Shown piece by piece: positions 12,685 to 25,400 of a DNA stretch of 63,631 nucleotides; the stretch's first letter is position 1; the number at the start of each line of letters is the position of its first letter. The position numbers and the translations under genes are program-made. A model generated the notes under the pieces. That model was not told the origin of the DNA. It saw nothing but the letters and a program-made list of their open reading frames with translations, and searched no databases. Source of the stretch: Trichinella spiralis (lineage: Eukaryota); NCBI RefSeq assembly GCF_000181795.1, contig NW_003526940.1, forward strand, positions 2,593,502-2,657,132, in the 5' to 3' direction.

Positions 12685-15600
12685 TTAAGCCCGCTCCATA
12701 AGCACATCAATAACAACATCACTGTCATCTTGAACATGCGACAATTGGTTGTCGTGTTCTTCAAACTTTTCATCATATTCATTTTCGAGCAATTTCACAG
12801 AATCAGAATTGAAATAAATTGGAACATTCGAATATCTAAAAAGTATTACGTATTTATGCAAATGCAAAATATATTGTTAAAATTTCAATTTATTAAAAAT
12901 AATAAAAGAATTCTGGTAAAACTGACTGATAAGCATTTCTGCTCTTACGATACCAATCACAGGTCATTAAGGCACCAAAAATCACAATGAATAATATTGC
13001 AGCGCTGATGCAAGAGCTGATTACAACCGTCTTGATGCTGTACTGGCTGGACGTGAATGAACCTAAGCACCTGACTGGAACGAAAAATCGCACAGTTAAT
13101 AGTGTTAATTAAAAAAAAGAATAAAAGCTAATGTTCTACTGACTGCAAAAACGACTTGAGCTTTCATTATTTCCACAGCATCGAATGCACGAAGATCCCA
13201 ACAGCGAATATCCTGGATTGCATTCAGAACAGAAATTAGTACCGGGACCATTGCACACTGCGCATGCTATATGGCATTTTTCGCATGTCTACGGAAAAAA
13301 AAAGAACAGAATTTCAAATATGAAAATAAAATTGCAAAAAAATAGTTGACAATAAATATCCCACAACGTTACCACAAACTTGGCATTGAAATAATATCCC
13401 CGTTTGCAAGAACAATCGTTGCTCTTCGGGTTCGGAGCCTGACCATCTTTGCACAGTGTGCATTGATCAAAACCAGGACCTGAACAGCAAAAACAAAAAA
13501 AAATTTGTTTTTTTCACATTTATCATTTTAAAATTTACAAATTGAAAATTTTCTACTAAACAGGAAAAAAAATTTCACACACATCATTTCACTAAATGGA
13601 ACACATAAATTAATTGTCTATTGTAAAACTGTCATTTCAATTTCAATTATCGATAAATATTAAATCAAATAATAAATAATATTATCATCAACGCAGAGCA
13701 AAAAACTGTTTACAAAAAGTTGAGTGTTAAATTGTTACAAAAATGCTGTTTACCGGATTGCAGCTATCGGTAGCTTCCTCCTCTTGAGTTGAAAAAATTT
13801 GCTTTAACTTGTTTTAAAATTTTATTTTGATCCAATGAAAAAGTTATTTAATCATCAACAAGCCAAAAACTACATTAAGATGAAAAATGCTTCCGCATTA
13901 AAGAACAACTTTTGAACAGAAAAGCTCGAAAAAGAAAAACATGCTAAAAGCTTTCGAAGAAAGCAGAAGAACATGAAAGCGTAAAAACTTGAATTGCAAA
14001 TGTTTGCTCATAACTGAGGGAAGAGGAATTTGTCGTATTCGATTTGAAAATCTCATGCTAATTTACGCAAACCAAATTATGCTAATAATTCAAAATGAAT
14101 AACGCAGAAATATTAGTTTGATATTCACAATTCTGCTTACCGATACATTTCGCGCAGTCTGGATGACAAGCTTGGCAAACGTGGCCACTTTTTTCACAGT
14201 ACGAATTCAAAGGACACTGGTCATTTCGGTCGCAGGGTCGAAGCTTCTGCGGTTCACACTGGCCAACGCTATTCAACGCATAATCAAATTTGCACACTTG
14301 GCAAATATTTGCATTTTTACTGCACTGTTCACAATTTTGAGGGCATCTTCAGAGAAAATTTCTTTTTTCAAAAAAAAATATTAATAATAATAAAATCAAC
14401 GTCTACTCGTACTTGACGCATTTTCGTTTATTCACATCGTCGTAATATCCGTCGCCACAGCTTTTCACGCAATGTCCGAATGAGTTCAAAAAATAGCCAA
14501 ATTTGCAAAACCGACACGGTCCCTCGGCAGTGCAATTCAAACATCCTTCGTCACATTTGAACAAGCATCTTCTTGCACCATTTATTTTATCTAAATAAAT
14601 ATATGTTGATTAAAAAACAGAAATAAATAAATTTCATCTGAAATTTCATATGGAAATTAAAGTTTGAAAAATTAAAAGTTATATTCAACATTAACTAGTT
14701 GCTCAAGTTCGCATCTTATCACATTTAGTAGTACATACAGTTTTAGCAAAATTTCAAATTGTTTGTCGACACTAATATGCATATTTTCCCTAATCTGCAA
14801 GTTGCATCGTTCAAAGAAAGCTTGATTTCTGTCTCAAATTCTATTTTCATTTCCAATTCATAATATCAATTAATACTGTGATTTACGTCATTCAACGAGC
14901 ATAATATGACGATGATGAAATATTGTCAACATTATTATCAATAATAATTCAAAATGAATTTGTAATATATAATATAATATATTATTATTATTCTTGTTTG
15001 TGAGGTTATTATTGTGGCAAATTGAAATGATAAAATCCGACTTTTTGATTTTCACATTCGAGCAATTTTCAATTGCTGTTAAAAAGAATGCTGTATAATT
15101 GCATAACAATTACATTAAAATTATCGTAACAATTATAAAATAATTCAATTTTGCTATGATTAAAAATCAGCGATGAAAATTTCATCGAAATTTTTCAGCA
15201 GAATTGACGTTTTCTTTCAAGATTTTTAGAAAAAGCTCAATTTTAAATGAAATTTAAAATGAATAAAAATGTGCTAATTTAAATTAGCGACTAAAATCCG
15301 ACTGTTGAAGCAACAAAAGTGAACAAGTTTTCAACGTCATTGATAACAAGCTGCGATGGAAATTTACAATGCCTACAATACGCAAATGTTCGATGATGCG
15401 GGGAAAATTTTACAGGAAATGGTGCGTCACTTTACAAACCATTCAAATAAACAACACAATTTTACCATAACTGATTAATTAAAACAAACAAATAAACAAA
15501 TAAACAAATAAATAAATAAAATACGGCATTGAAAAAAAAGCGCCTACTTTCCTCGGCCAAAAAACCGTCAGGACATTCGGTTTCACATTTGCCATGCCAT

Positions 15601-18600
15601 AGATGTTCAGGATCGCTGACAATCAAAAACATGGACGGCAAGCAAGTGTCGCACAAAGTAGCCGAACTGCAAGTGGCACATCCTCGTAAACACAAATTAC
15701 ATCTGCGCGCATTTGTATCCAAATAATAACCAGCTTCACATTTGGAAACGCACCTGAAATAGAATTCAAAAAAATAAATTTTTTTTCAATTTTTTAAAAT
15801 CTCATTTATTATTCAAAAAATTAATTAATTTTATAAAATTTTATACTTGCTGCCTCCTCGATTTCTCAACTCTTGGTAATAATGCTTGCAGCTGACACAA
15901 TCCAACGATGAATTGACCATTCTGCAACCGTTCTCACACTCAGGATGGCAATTTTCTTTCAAAATCACATCTCCAAAATTCTAAATTAAAATTCCATTCA
16001 AATTTTACACATTTTCTTTTCATTTCAAAAAAATTAATATTTTATATTTTAGAAAAAAAATTTACTAAATTAAGAAAAAAGTCATATCGATTTTATTTAA
16101 TCACGCGGACATTTCATAACTGAAAATCATATTTCTTCTTCTTCTTATTATTATTATTATTATCCTAGATTATAATTTATTTGCTAGTAATTTTGTTCAA
16201 CTTTTGTTCTTTAATATTTGTCCAACAACAACATATCCAATCTATGCTTCACATGTGGAATTACATGAAATTTTTAAATAAACTAAATTATTAAAAAATA
16301 TTGTAATTTTTCTCAATACTGATTTTCAAGCTTTAAAAAATAATTTTGTAAAATTTAATAAATAATGATGCAAAATATTGTTGAAAAAACCTTTTTTAAT
16401 ATTAGAACTTTACTGATTTTTAAATATTAAAAAAATTTTAAATACACAATATTCAATTATTGTTGATTTGCATTGCGTATTAAAATGACACGAAATAAAA
16501 GGGAGATGCAAGCATGCATTACGGTAAGTTTCGAGTAAAAATAAGTGTGATTGGTACGTGCATTGTTTCTCCATTCCCTCTTCAAATATGCAATTGATAA
16601 AGTGTGCATTATCGGCAAAGCATTATTATTATTTCAACCATTTCCTGCATCACGTTTCAACGTTGTTTATGATAAAATGAATCATTTTCAAATCACATAT
16701 ATGCTCTGCAAACCTGCACCAATTTATATGCACATTATATAATAAATTGAACAGAAAAAAAATACTTTTTTCTTCTGTTTAAAAAAATGCTCAGTTACTT
16801 GTACGCTTTGTATTATATATATATATCTCTCTCTATATATCTGTGTGTGAAGTAGATAATGGAAAACAATTTCAAACAAAAAAAAATATAACAAAGCAAC
16901 TGCAAAAATTATGAAAAAAAAATTTTTTTTTGCTTTCAAAGCCAAATAAATACCACACCAATACCAAATTCTACATGTGTGAAAAAAACTGATTCGATTC
17001 GATTTGATACTATTGGAGCAGTTCCTAAATTTTTATTAAATATGGTGATAAATGTGAGACCTTTTTTTTCTTATAACGATTGGTGAAATGAATTTCAAAA
17101 AAAAACATACGTGCGCATGTGCTGCAGAGCTACATGCAAGAATAAGTAGAAAGGAAAAAAAAGAAATCACCAAATTTTTGTTCATGTCAAGGAAAACGAA
17201 AAACTAAAATAAAATGTGCAACATGAACAAGCGTTCAACGAACAGCAAAGCGAACAGTAAACACTGAGCATACATGTATTATTTTATGCTTTTTTTTTAA
17301 AAACCACTATGTTCAAATATTCCCATTCACCACCAAGGCATATATATATTATTTTGGTGCATGTTGACCCTGCCCAAACTGCACCTGATGTCCGGCCATA
17401 TCAGAAACAAAATTTGACGTGCCAAACAAAGCGGGACGACTATTCTTTCCCAGCTCCTCGTCCATTTCCAATTCACTCGGCTGCGCCATTTCCTCCGTTC
17501 CGTAAAGCGTCAACAAGCAATCGTGGAAAGTACCTGCAAACAATGGGCAGCTTACATCTTTTCTCTTCCATCATCCCAACGTTTAAATATCGATTACCGC
17601 GATTATTCGGATTTCCGACATTTTCCAAAGTAACTATCCACTTTCCTTCAGGATTCTCACCCCACTGCTGCACAGACATGAAAGGCCACTTTATAAATCC
17701 ACCGTCACTTCCATCGTTCAATCTAGGCGGTAACAGTTCACTCCTAGAAATTATCATAATATTCAAGCTGTTGCCTTTCCAATAATCAAAAATCAAATCA
17801 ATCTTATTACTCAGTTCCGGAAGGTGATGTGATACGTATTCGCAAATCTCCACGTCGACTGAACTGTACACTCATCACCAACTGCACATGTTCCAAATAA
17901 CGTATAGGTGCCCCTTGAGGGCACCCGTTTACATTTATCGTGATATTTTTCAAAAATTGCCCATTCAACAATCTATCATTATAAATCGACTAATTTACAA
18001 CAAGCATTAACAACATGACAAGAAATATTTTTTACATTGGATCTGGCATCTCATAGACAAACGTGCACACATGCTGAGTCGGCACAGTTTTCCATTTCTT
18101 GCCCAGGCGAATCAATTTTTCCGCATTCAAAATTCCATAACCGAATTTACTGCTCACTGAAACCGATTTTTTTTACAAATTTTACAAAAGAAAAATGCAA
18201 ATAATATGAAAATCATCAATTTATCATAATGCAGTGCGCACCTTTTCGACCAACTCCATTGACTATCCAGCCAGGATTGTTCAAAAGCGGTGTCGGATCA
18301 GACGTGCGAACAACCAAATGTTGCATATCTCTCCATGTCAGGTTGGAGCTTAAAGTTACAAAAAAAATACATAAATAAACAAAATTCAAACAACATTGTT
18401 TTGCTATTTCAAAAATGTACTTTGCTTCCAGAACAAGAGCTACAATACCGGCAGCAATTGGTGCACTAGCACTCGTACCCGTGTGATGGGTAGTACACGT
18501 ATTTGGCATATCCGTAGTAACCTGTGAGTAAAGTTTAAATATAACTTTTCTTTTTTCTTTCATTGACTTGCTTCAAAATATTCAATTGCATAGCAACTCA

Positions 18601-20737
18601 CGATGGCGGGCTGGTTTATCAGACCAGAACTGTAAGTACTGGCCAATGTTGAAGGGCATTCTTCCAAATACCACGGCTGTTTGTGATCAAAAGTGGTCGA
18701 GCTAACACTCAGCGTATATATAGAAACAGTGTAACCATCGCAAGAACAACTATCTTTAAATGTTCCACCGTTTCCTGATGCCCATATATAAATGTTACCT
18801 TTCCCATTTCGCCCCTAAAAATAAAATACTTTGCATGAAATCCTCTTTCAAATGCAATTAATTATACACCTATGTGCATATGGATATAAAATCAACTGAT
18901 TCATACAGAAACAGATGAGAATTTTAAAAAGAGAATTTCATTTCAGTTCACCATTCATTCTTACTTCAGTAACTCCTTGATAAAAAGCCATTTTTGCCAA
19001 ACGACCGGGTCCGTCAAATGTTTTCCCATCATCCTCAGGCCCCCAACTAGCAGAGTAAATGTCTATATGCTGCTGACGAAGAGATAACGCAGATCCTTCA
19101 ACTCTATCGCTAACTGGACCATCCAACATCCGCACACCTGAAAAAACATTGAAAAAATTTTTAAATAACTCTTTAAACATACTGTTGTCATTAATGTAAA
19201 AATTAAACAAATGTCAAAACAGAATATCAACTGACCCCCAATCCTTGCATTGTATGCCACTCCTACACCGCAAAATGAATTTCCAGCAACAGCCGCAACT
19301 TCACCAGCACAGCGTGTACCATGTCTTAATGAATGATAAAATAAATTTTAATTTATATTTCCTAAACCCCAGGAAAAAATAAAAATAAGAAACAATCAAA
19401 GTAATAAAATTAAAAAATATGTATATCATAAATCATAGTATCAAATTAGTGCACTGGCAAACCTGTTGTCTCCGTTGTCTCGAGGATAGGGATTATCATC
19501 GCCATCGTTCACATCATGACTTGCCATGGCATCCTTGAGCAAAACAACAAAAAATAATTGCATGCAAATATTAAATTAACAAGAAAAAACAACAACAATA
19601 ACATACATAATTCGCTGCTAAATCAGGATGATCACCTTGAATGCCGTCATCCAATATAGAAACGACGACATTTTTTCCACTATAGCCCATACTCCAGGCT
19701 TCCCGAACTCGCATACCATCACCGACGAAACCATTCTGAAAAATGTTTATTTATAAAATAAGATAAAAAAAACATGAGGATGAAGCACACAAAAAAAAGT
19801 TGCTTCATATATTAACATATAGTGCTTTACCAAATACCACTGCTGCGAATAAAGTGGATCCGGCCATTCAACAGATGATTCCCTTGTCGATCGTCGATTG
19901 CTTTCATCGTCAAGTNAGACCGATCTCCTTTTTTACTCGTTCTCTTCGGGAGTTTTCCAAATTCATGTCCACAAAAGCCTACGAATCGAATCCAAAAATA
20001 AAATTCACCCATTTACTACCAAAATCAACAACGCATAAAATAAAATAAAATTACTTCTGGGATCGCCATCTAATCTTTTTTTTTTATTTCTCGCTTAGAA
20101 ATGTAAGTGGTCATTACTTTTTTGAACCCAATAATCGGCCCTTTTCAATGAAACCAACCCTAAAATTTTCGAATAAAAGTAGGCACCTTCGGTTAAAAAT
20201 TAACTAAATTTACTAATTTCTAGACAATAAGCTTTCAGCTGTGGAAAATAAAAATGTCACTTTTAAACAGCTGCATATTTCATTAAATTCAACGCTTACT
20301 TACTTTAATGCCATAACATGTGATTATATAACGAACAAATAATATAAACACGCAAAATATAATAATATAGCATTCTAACTTGCCTTGAAATGAAAATTTC
20401 AATTATACATGTTTAAAAATGTTGATTAAAAGATGAAATAACGCTGAAGGTAAATATATGAAATGTAAAAACGTTAAAAAGTAGTATAATTCATTCGAAA
20501 AAACAAAGCAAAATTTGAAAAATATATTAAAAAGTAAACAATTTTTTGCACGCATACCTTTCCCATATTTTTATAGCCATGCTTGTTGGCCACAATGTCG
20601 GCGTGTTCAGAATCATCGAATTGAAGCTGCACGACCACATTGCTGGTCACATTTCCAATATTTGAAAAATCCCCATCCGAAGGGCCACTTGCTACCATCT
20701 GCTGCCATAACCACAGAAGAATTACAATTTTAAACAT
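12685..20737 (-). CDS. bli-4: Furin/kexin-family proprotein convertase, blisterase type (signal peptide, prodomain, S8B catalytic domain, P domain, about 6 furin-like Cys repeats, TM, acidic tail)
   Basis: Catalytic D ([17 protein letters not shown]), H ([11 protein letters not shown]), oxyanion N (WASGNGG) and S (HTGTSASAP). P-domain RRGDL and [13 protein letters not shown]. The motifs [24 protein letters not shown] and NNPGW match nematode BLI-4 as I recall it. [24 protein letters not shown] of the signal peptide [11 protein letters not shown] at 20737. Confidence 0.88.
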
Positions 20738-21597
20738 CAAATACCCCCAAAAAAGACTATACGCATTACTAAAACAAAACAAAGATAAAATAGAAATACC
20801 AGCAAAAGTGATCAACAAAATCGCGTTCAACTTTGAAGTCGCAACATAATATTCAACCAGTTCTGAATTCAGGACATTTTTATTTCAGAAAATGCTTTCT
20901 CACCTAGCCCAAAAAAACATTCTAAACTAAAATTCTTACAGTCGCTTACATCTCATTTTAAACTGTGAAACAGGAAAAAGTTTAAAGTTAAACGAAAATC
21001 AAATTAACAAAAAAAACACCAATCTGAAACAATATTATATCATTACAATCTACACTACAAATGAATTCAAGCGGGTTAATTTGGGACAACGTGCAATGCA
21101 TCAAAGTGAATAAAAACCACCTAATCACAAACTCGAATTGTTGCCACATTAAGCATTACATAAAAACTACTTCGTATACTGAAATTCCCGGAAAAATATA
21201 ACGATAATATAAAGCAATTTTCATAAAATAAAAACTGAACAACGCACTGTTATACGCATGAGATTATTTTCTCACCAAGACCAAAACAAAGTAAAAAAGT
21301 TATTAAAAATCAACCTTTACCATTAAAATTAAAATTAATCAGTCATTTAAAATAATCTTAAAAGAGCAAAACGACAATATATAAGCAAATCGTTGGAATT
21401 CAAAGACAAAACTTCCTTGCTTTTAGTAAAAAAAATGAGGGTCGTTCATTAGTACTGTAACAATCAAGTACAAATAAATATGTCGAAGAGTGTTTCAAAT
21501 AACGAATTCCAAGATTATTAAATTGAAAATCATTCATTTTAATTCTGAATTATGAAGTAATTATAAAATATATTAAAAATTAATTTGAAATTAATTC

Positions 21598-21609
21598 GAC
21601 CAATCAGAA
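21598..21609 (+). promoter_or_regulatory. Candidate CCAAT (NF-Y) box in the divergent bli-4 / kringle-gene promoter
   Basis: GACCAATCAGAA fits the extended NF-Y consensus; the same motif recurs at about 45364 in the other divergent intergenic region. Confidence 0.3.
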
Positions 21610-22407
21610 ATGAATTATTATCATCTACATCTATATAACTATCTGCAATATACTTTGACTATTAATTCATCGTAAGTCAAAAATTTTTCGATAAATTTAT
21701 TTAACTTTATAAATAAAAATAATTCTTATCCAATTTGATTTCAATTAGTTTTATAAAACTCATACAGCAGTGGTGTCATCATACATCTATAGCAAAATGT
21801 TGTCTGTAAAATATGGCTTGAATTATTTCTTACATATTTAATGATAAAGATAATGAAGAATTTACATTATTTATGACTTTTTAACCAGCTATTACTGTAA
21901 ACATTATTACCAACTCCATTTTTATTTAATTACGCTTAATTTGATGTAATATTTATGCTCATGTCGCAAATATATGATAATATTTAATGGCTGGAGATGT
22001 CAAATTATCTATATAAATTAAACAAATGTGGTTGGATTGAAATTTAAAATTTGAATATTCTTTTTAAAGTTCAATAATAGGTTTTTTGTATCATCTTAAG
22101 TAATTATCCAAGAAATTTTATTTGCTGAATATGCGCATAAAATTTAATATAGTAATAAAATATGATTTCAGAATCATACCTATATGTTAATAATTATTAT
22201 GCAATGCAATGGTATTACATAATAAATCATTAATTACTTATTATGAAATAAGAAAATTATTTCAATCCTGTAAAATATATTCGAAGAATTTTATTCAATT
22301 TTAAAATAAACTGTTTTAAATTAACTTTGTTTACAGTATCATTGTACCTGACAATTTTTCACGTTTTCTGATTTATCCTTTCATTCGTTGCGAGTAGCTG
22401 GTTAAAG

Positions 22408-25400
22408 ATGGCGGCAAAATTGGGCATTTACTTTACTTCTTTGTTTTTGTTGTTTTCCACGACTAATTTGGTGCAGCTTTATCCAGGTTTTGACCCTAAT
22501 AACTATGCTGGTAAGTTACATTTCAATAAGTTTGCTTTTTATGAAACTTTTTTTTCATTTAACAATTTTTTTCAATAATAATTTACATAGGAATTAATCG
22601 TGATAGGAGTATAATTGTAATTCATAATTAAAACTTAAAATTTTCGAATTTAGAATGAGTATCTATTTAATTCCATAAAAAATAAAATTTTAAATGTTGA
22701 TTGAATTATCAACAAATGTTAGCGTTGTTGATGCTGAGGAAAACCGAATGTATTTTAGATGTTTCTTGCTTACCTTACAGCTATATGAGCAATTTTACTT
22801 ATTATGGAAAGCTAGATCATGCTATAGATGGTACACCGTGTAGTCCATGGTTGCATCGTTTTCGAGGCTGGACAACACAAGAATTTGTTCCTCATAATTA
22901 TTGCAGAAATATTGTAATGCATTTTTTTTGAAATTATATATTATGAATTGTGCGGTTTTAGGAACTTCGAAATGCTGGTGGTCCATATTGCATGGATCGT
23001 CATGGCCAAACGCATATTTGTTTTCATCCTTGTGAACGTAAATGTAAGAGTACAATAATACATGTATTGTGCTTTTTTAGTATTATAGTTTTATTAAAAT
23101 AAACTGCCTAGATTAAGGTAATTTCTAAAATATATCATCAATAAGAAGATATTTCAAATTAAATATAAAACTTTTATAAATTTAACAAACGTATTTTATA
23201 TTGTGCATTACCAATAAACAGTAAAATTTAGATGTGGCTTGTGTGGATCCGGATTCCAGAAGTTTCTCTTTAAGTACCATATACAAAACGACTTCTATTA
23301 CCAGTTCCCCATGCTTAAATTGGGGTTCAGTTGAAAATTTGTTGGATGTAAAATTGGCAATTTAAATTTAATTGTGTAAAATTCAGATACATTTTTATTT
23401 ATTTTGAATGAAATGTTGCAGGCTAATAAGTTAACCTTACTGAAGAAGTATATGAGTTTCTGGAAATGGGAAGGTAATGTTTGTAAAACTGGTGGTAGGC
23501 CTAAAGCTGCAAATGAATTAGGAAGAAAATTTTTTCACGTGGCCCTTTTTTGCATGGTTCAGAAAGAAAGTGTGTACGTAGAACCATGCCATCCAATATG
23601 TGAAATTGCGAGTAAGTAAAAATAAACATAGAAAAGGAATCATATTATGTTGATTTGTAAAACTTAGTACTGAATGCATTTCTGAATGAATTAATTTGAA
23701 TTATTAATGTCTTTAATTATTTTTATTTTCAATAAAAATAGTTTATTCGTACTATTTAATGTTTAAATAAATGCATGCAATTGAAAAAGTGAAGTGAAAT
23801 AAAACTTTAAGTTTCGAAATGTACTTTTAAGCGATGAAATGTTTGCCTTATGATTTTCCTACTCGGTATAAAGACGAACCTACTTTTGGTGCTAGGAATG
23901 TAACCCTAGCAGGAATGCCTTGCAAAAGATGGAGTGATATTAATATGGAAACTTGTTAGTTTAAATTGTATAAACTGCTTCTATTTATCTTTGACTTTGC
24001 TCTTTGTAGACTTCCCTCTAATGGCAGACACTAATTTTTGTGCGTGTCCAAGAGAAAATGCAAAATTTTGCAACAAAGCAGGCTTATTCTGTTTCGTTGA
24101 TCATCCATTTTATAAGTGGCAGCCATGCTACTCTACATGTGAATCAGAATGTAATTACTTCTTTTCTTTAAAAGTATTTTATATGCTAGAAATATTTATG
24201 ATATATTTATTTAGCCACGCAGTATTTGATTTCAGTTTGAAATCAGTTCATTTTTATTTATTGCAAAATAATGTAGTGCATTAAAATGTTGAAATAATTT
24301 TTAACAATAAAATCTTCAAACTGTAGTCTCAGACCAGCTTGGATGTTTGTACCAGTATGAACTTCTGGGCATGCGTTATCTTGGAATGAGAAATTATACA
24401 TATGACGGTTACCTCTGCATGGAATGGAATTTAAAAATGGATGAAAAGATAACCAATCTTGGTATGTTTAATTTGTTTTACTTTAATTTATATCAATAAA
24501 CTATTAACGTTTTTAGCTGCTGAATATGGGGTGCTAGGTTTGAATTTATGCCGCAATTTGGGAAATTTAAAGATAGGCCCGTGGTGTTTTGTGCAACTTG
24601 AAGATGGCTCTACAGAAAGACGTGCTTGCTTTCAAACTTGTGAAAATCAGCAGTTGCAGAGTAACTATTAAAACTTAGTTGTTCAGAAATTTTAAAGTTC
24701 ATTGTTTTAGGTGATCGAGATATTCCTTGCTATAAAAGTGATGATAAGCAACAGCAGAGACCATCAGTGAAGAAATATTTGAAAACATATACAGTTAATC
24801 ACATACCCTGCATGCGGTAATTGAATACATTTGCTTACGTATTTTTTATATATTATTTATACACGTTTACTGTATATACATTTTAAAACAATCTTTATAT
24901 ATGGTGAAGATATACACTATTTGATGAGTATGATGTAAATTTTATATTTATCTGTGAGGATACATGTACATTAAGTTCACATAAATTTAACTTTTATTCT
25001 AGAAAAAGTTAAAATATGAGCAATTTGACACTGTTTGCTTTTAGATGGTCGCTGATAAATCCCAATAATTCCAAAGATAACTATTGTAAAGAAGTTGAAG
25101 AAAGCAATTTTATTCCATCATGCTATGAAACTGCAACACAGCGCTTGACACCATGTTATATAAATTGCATTGGAGAAGAAGATACGGTTTCCATGTTTGC
25201 ATCCGGTCAGTATTAAAATTAAAAAATATTTTCTTCTGTTTTAAAAATTTTAAAAGAGGGAAATTCAGAACATTTTCTGGGTGCAAGCATTTTAACTAAT
25301 TTATGATTTAATGCATAATATATATATATATTTTTTTTTTATTTATTTAATATTTTCTTGTAAATTTTAAAATGTTTTTAAGCATAAGTGCAATTTTGGA

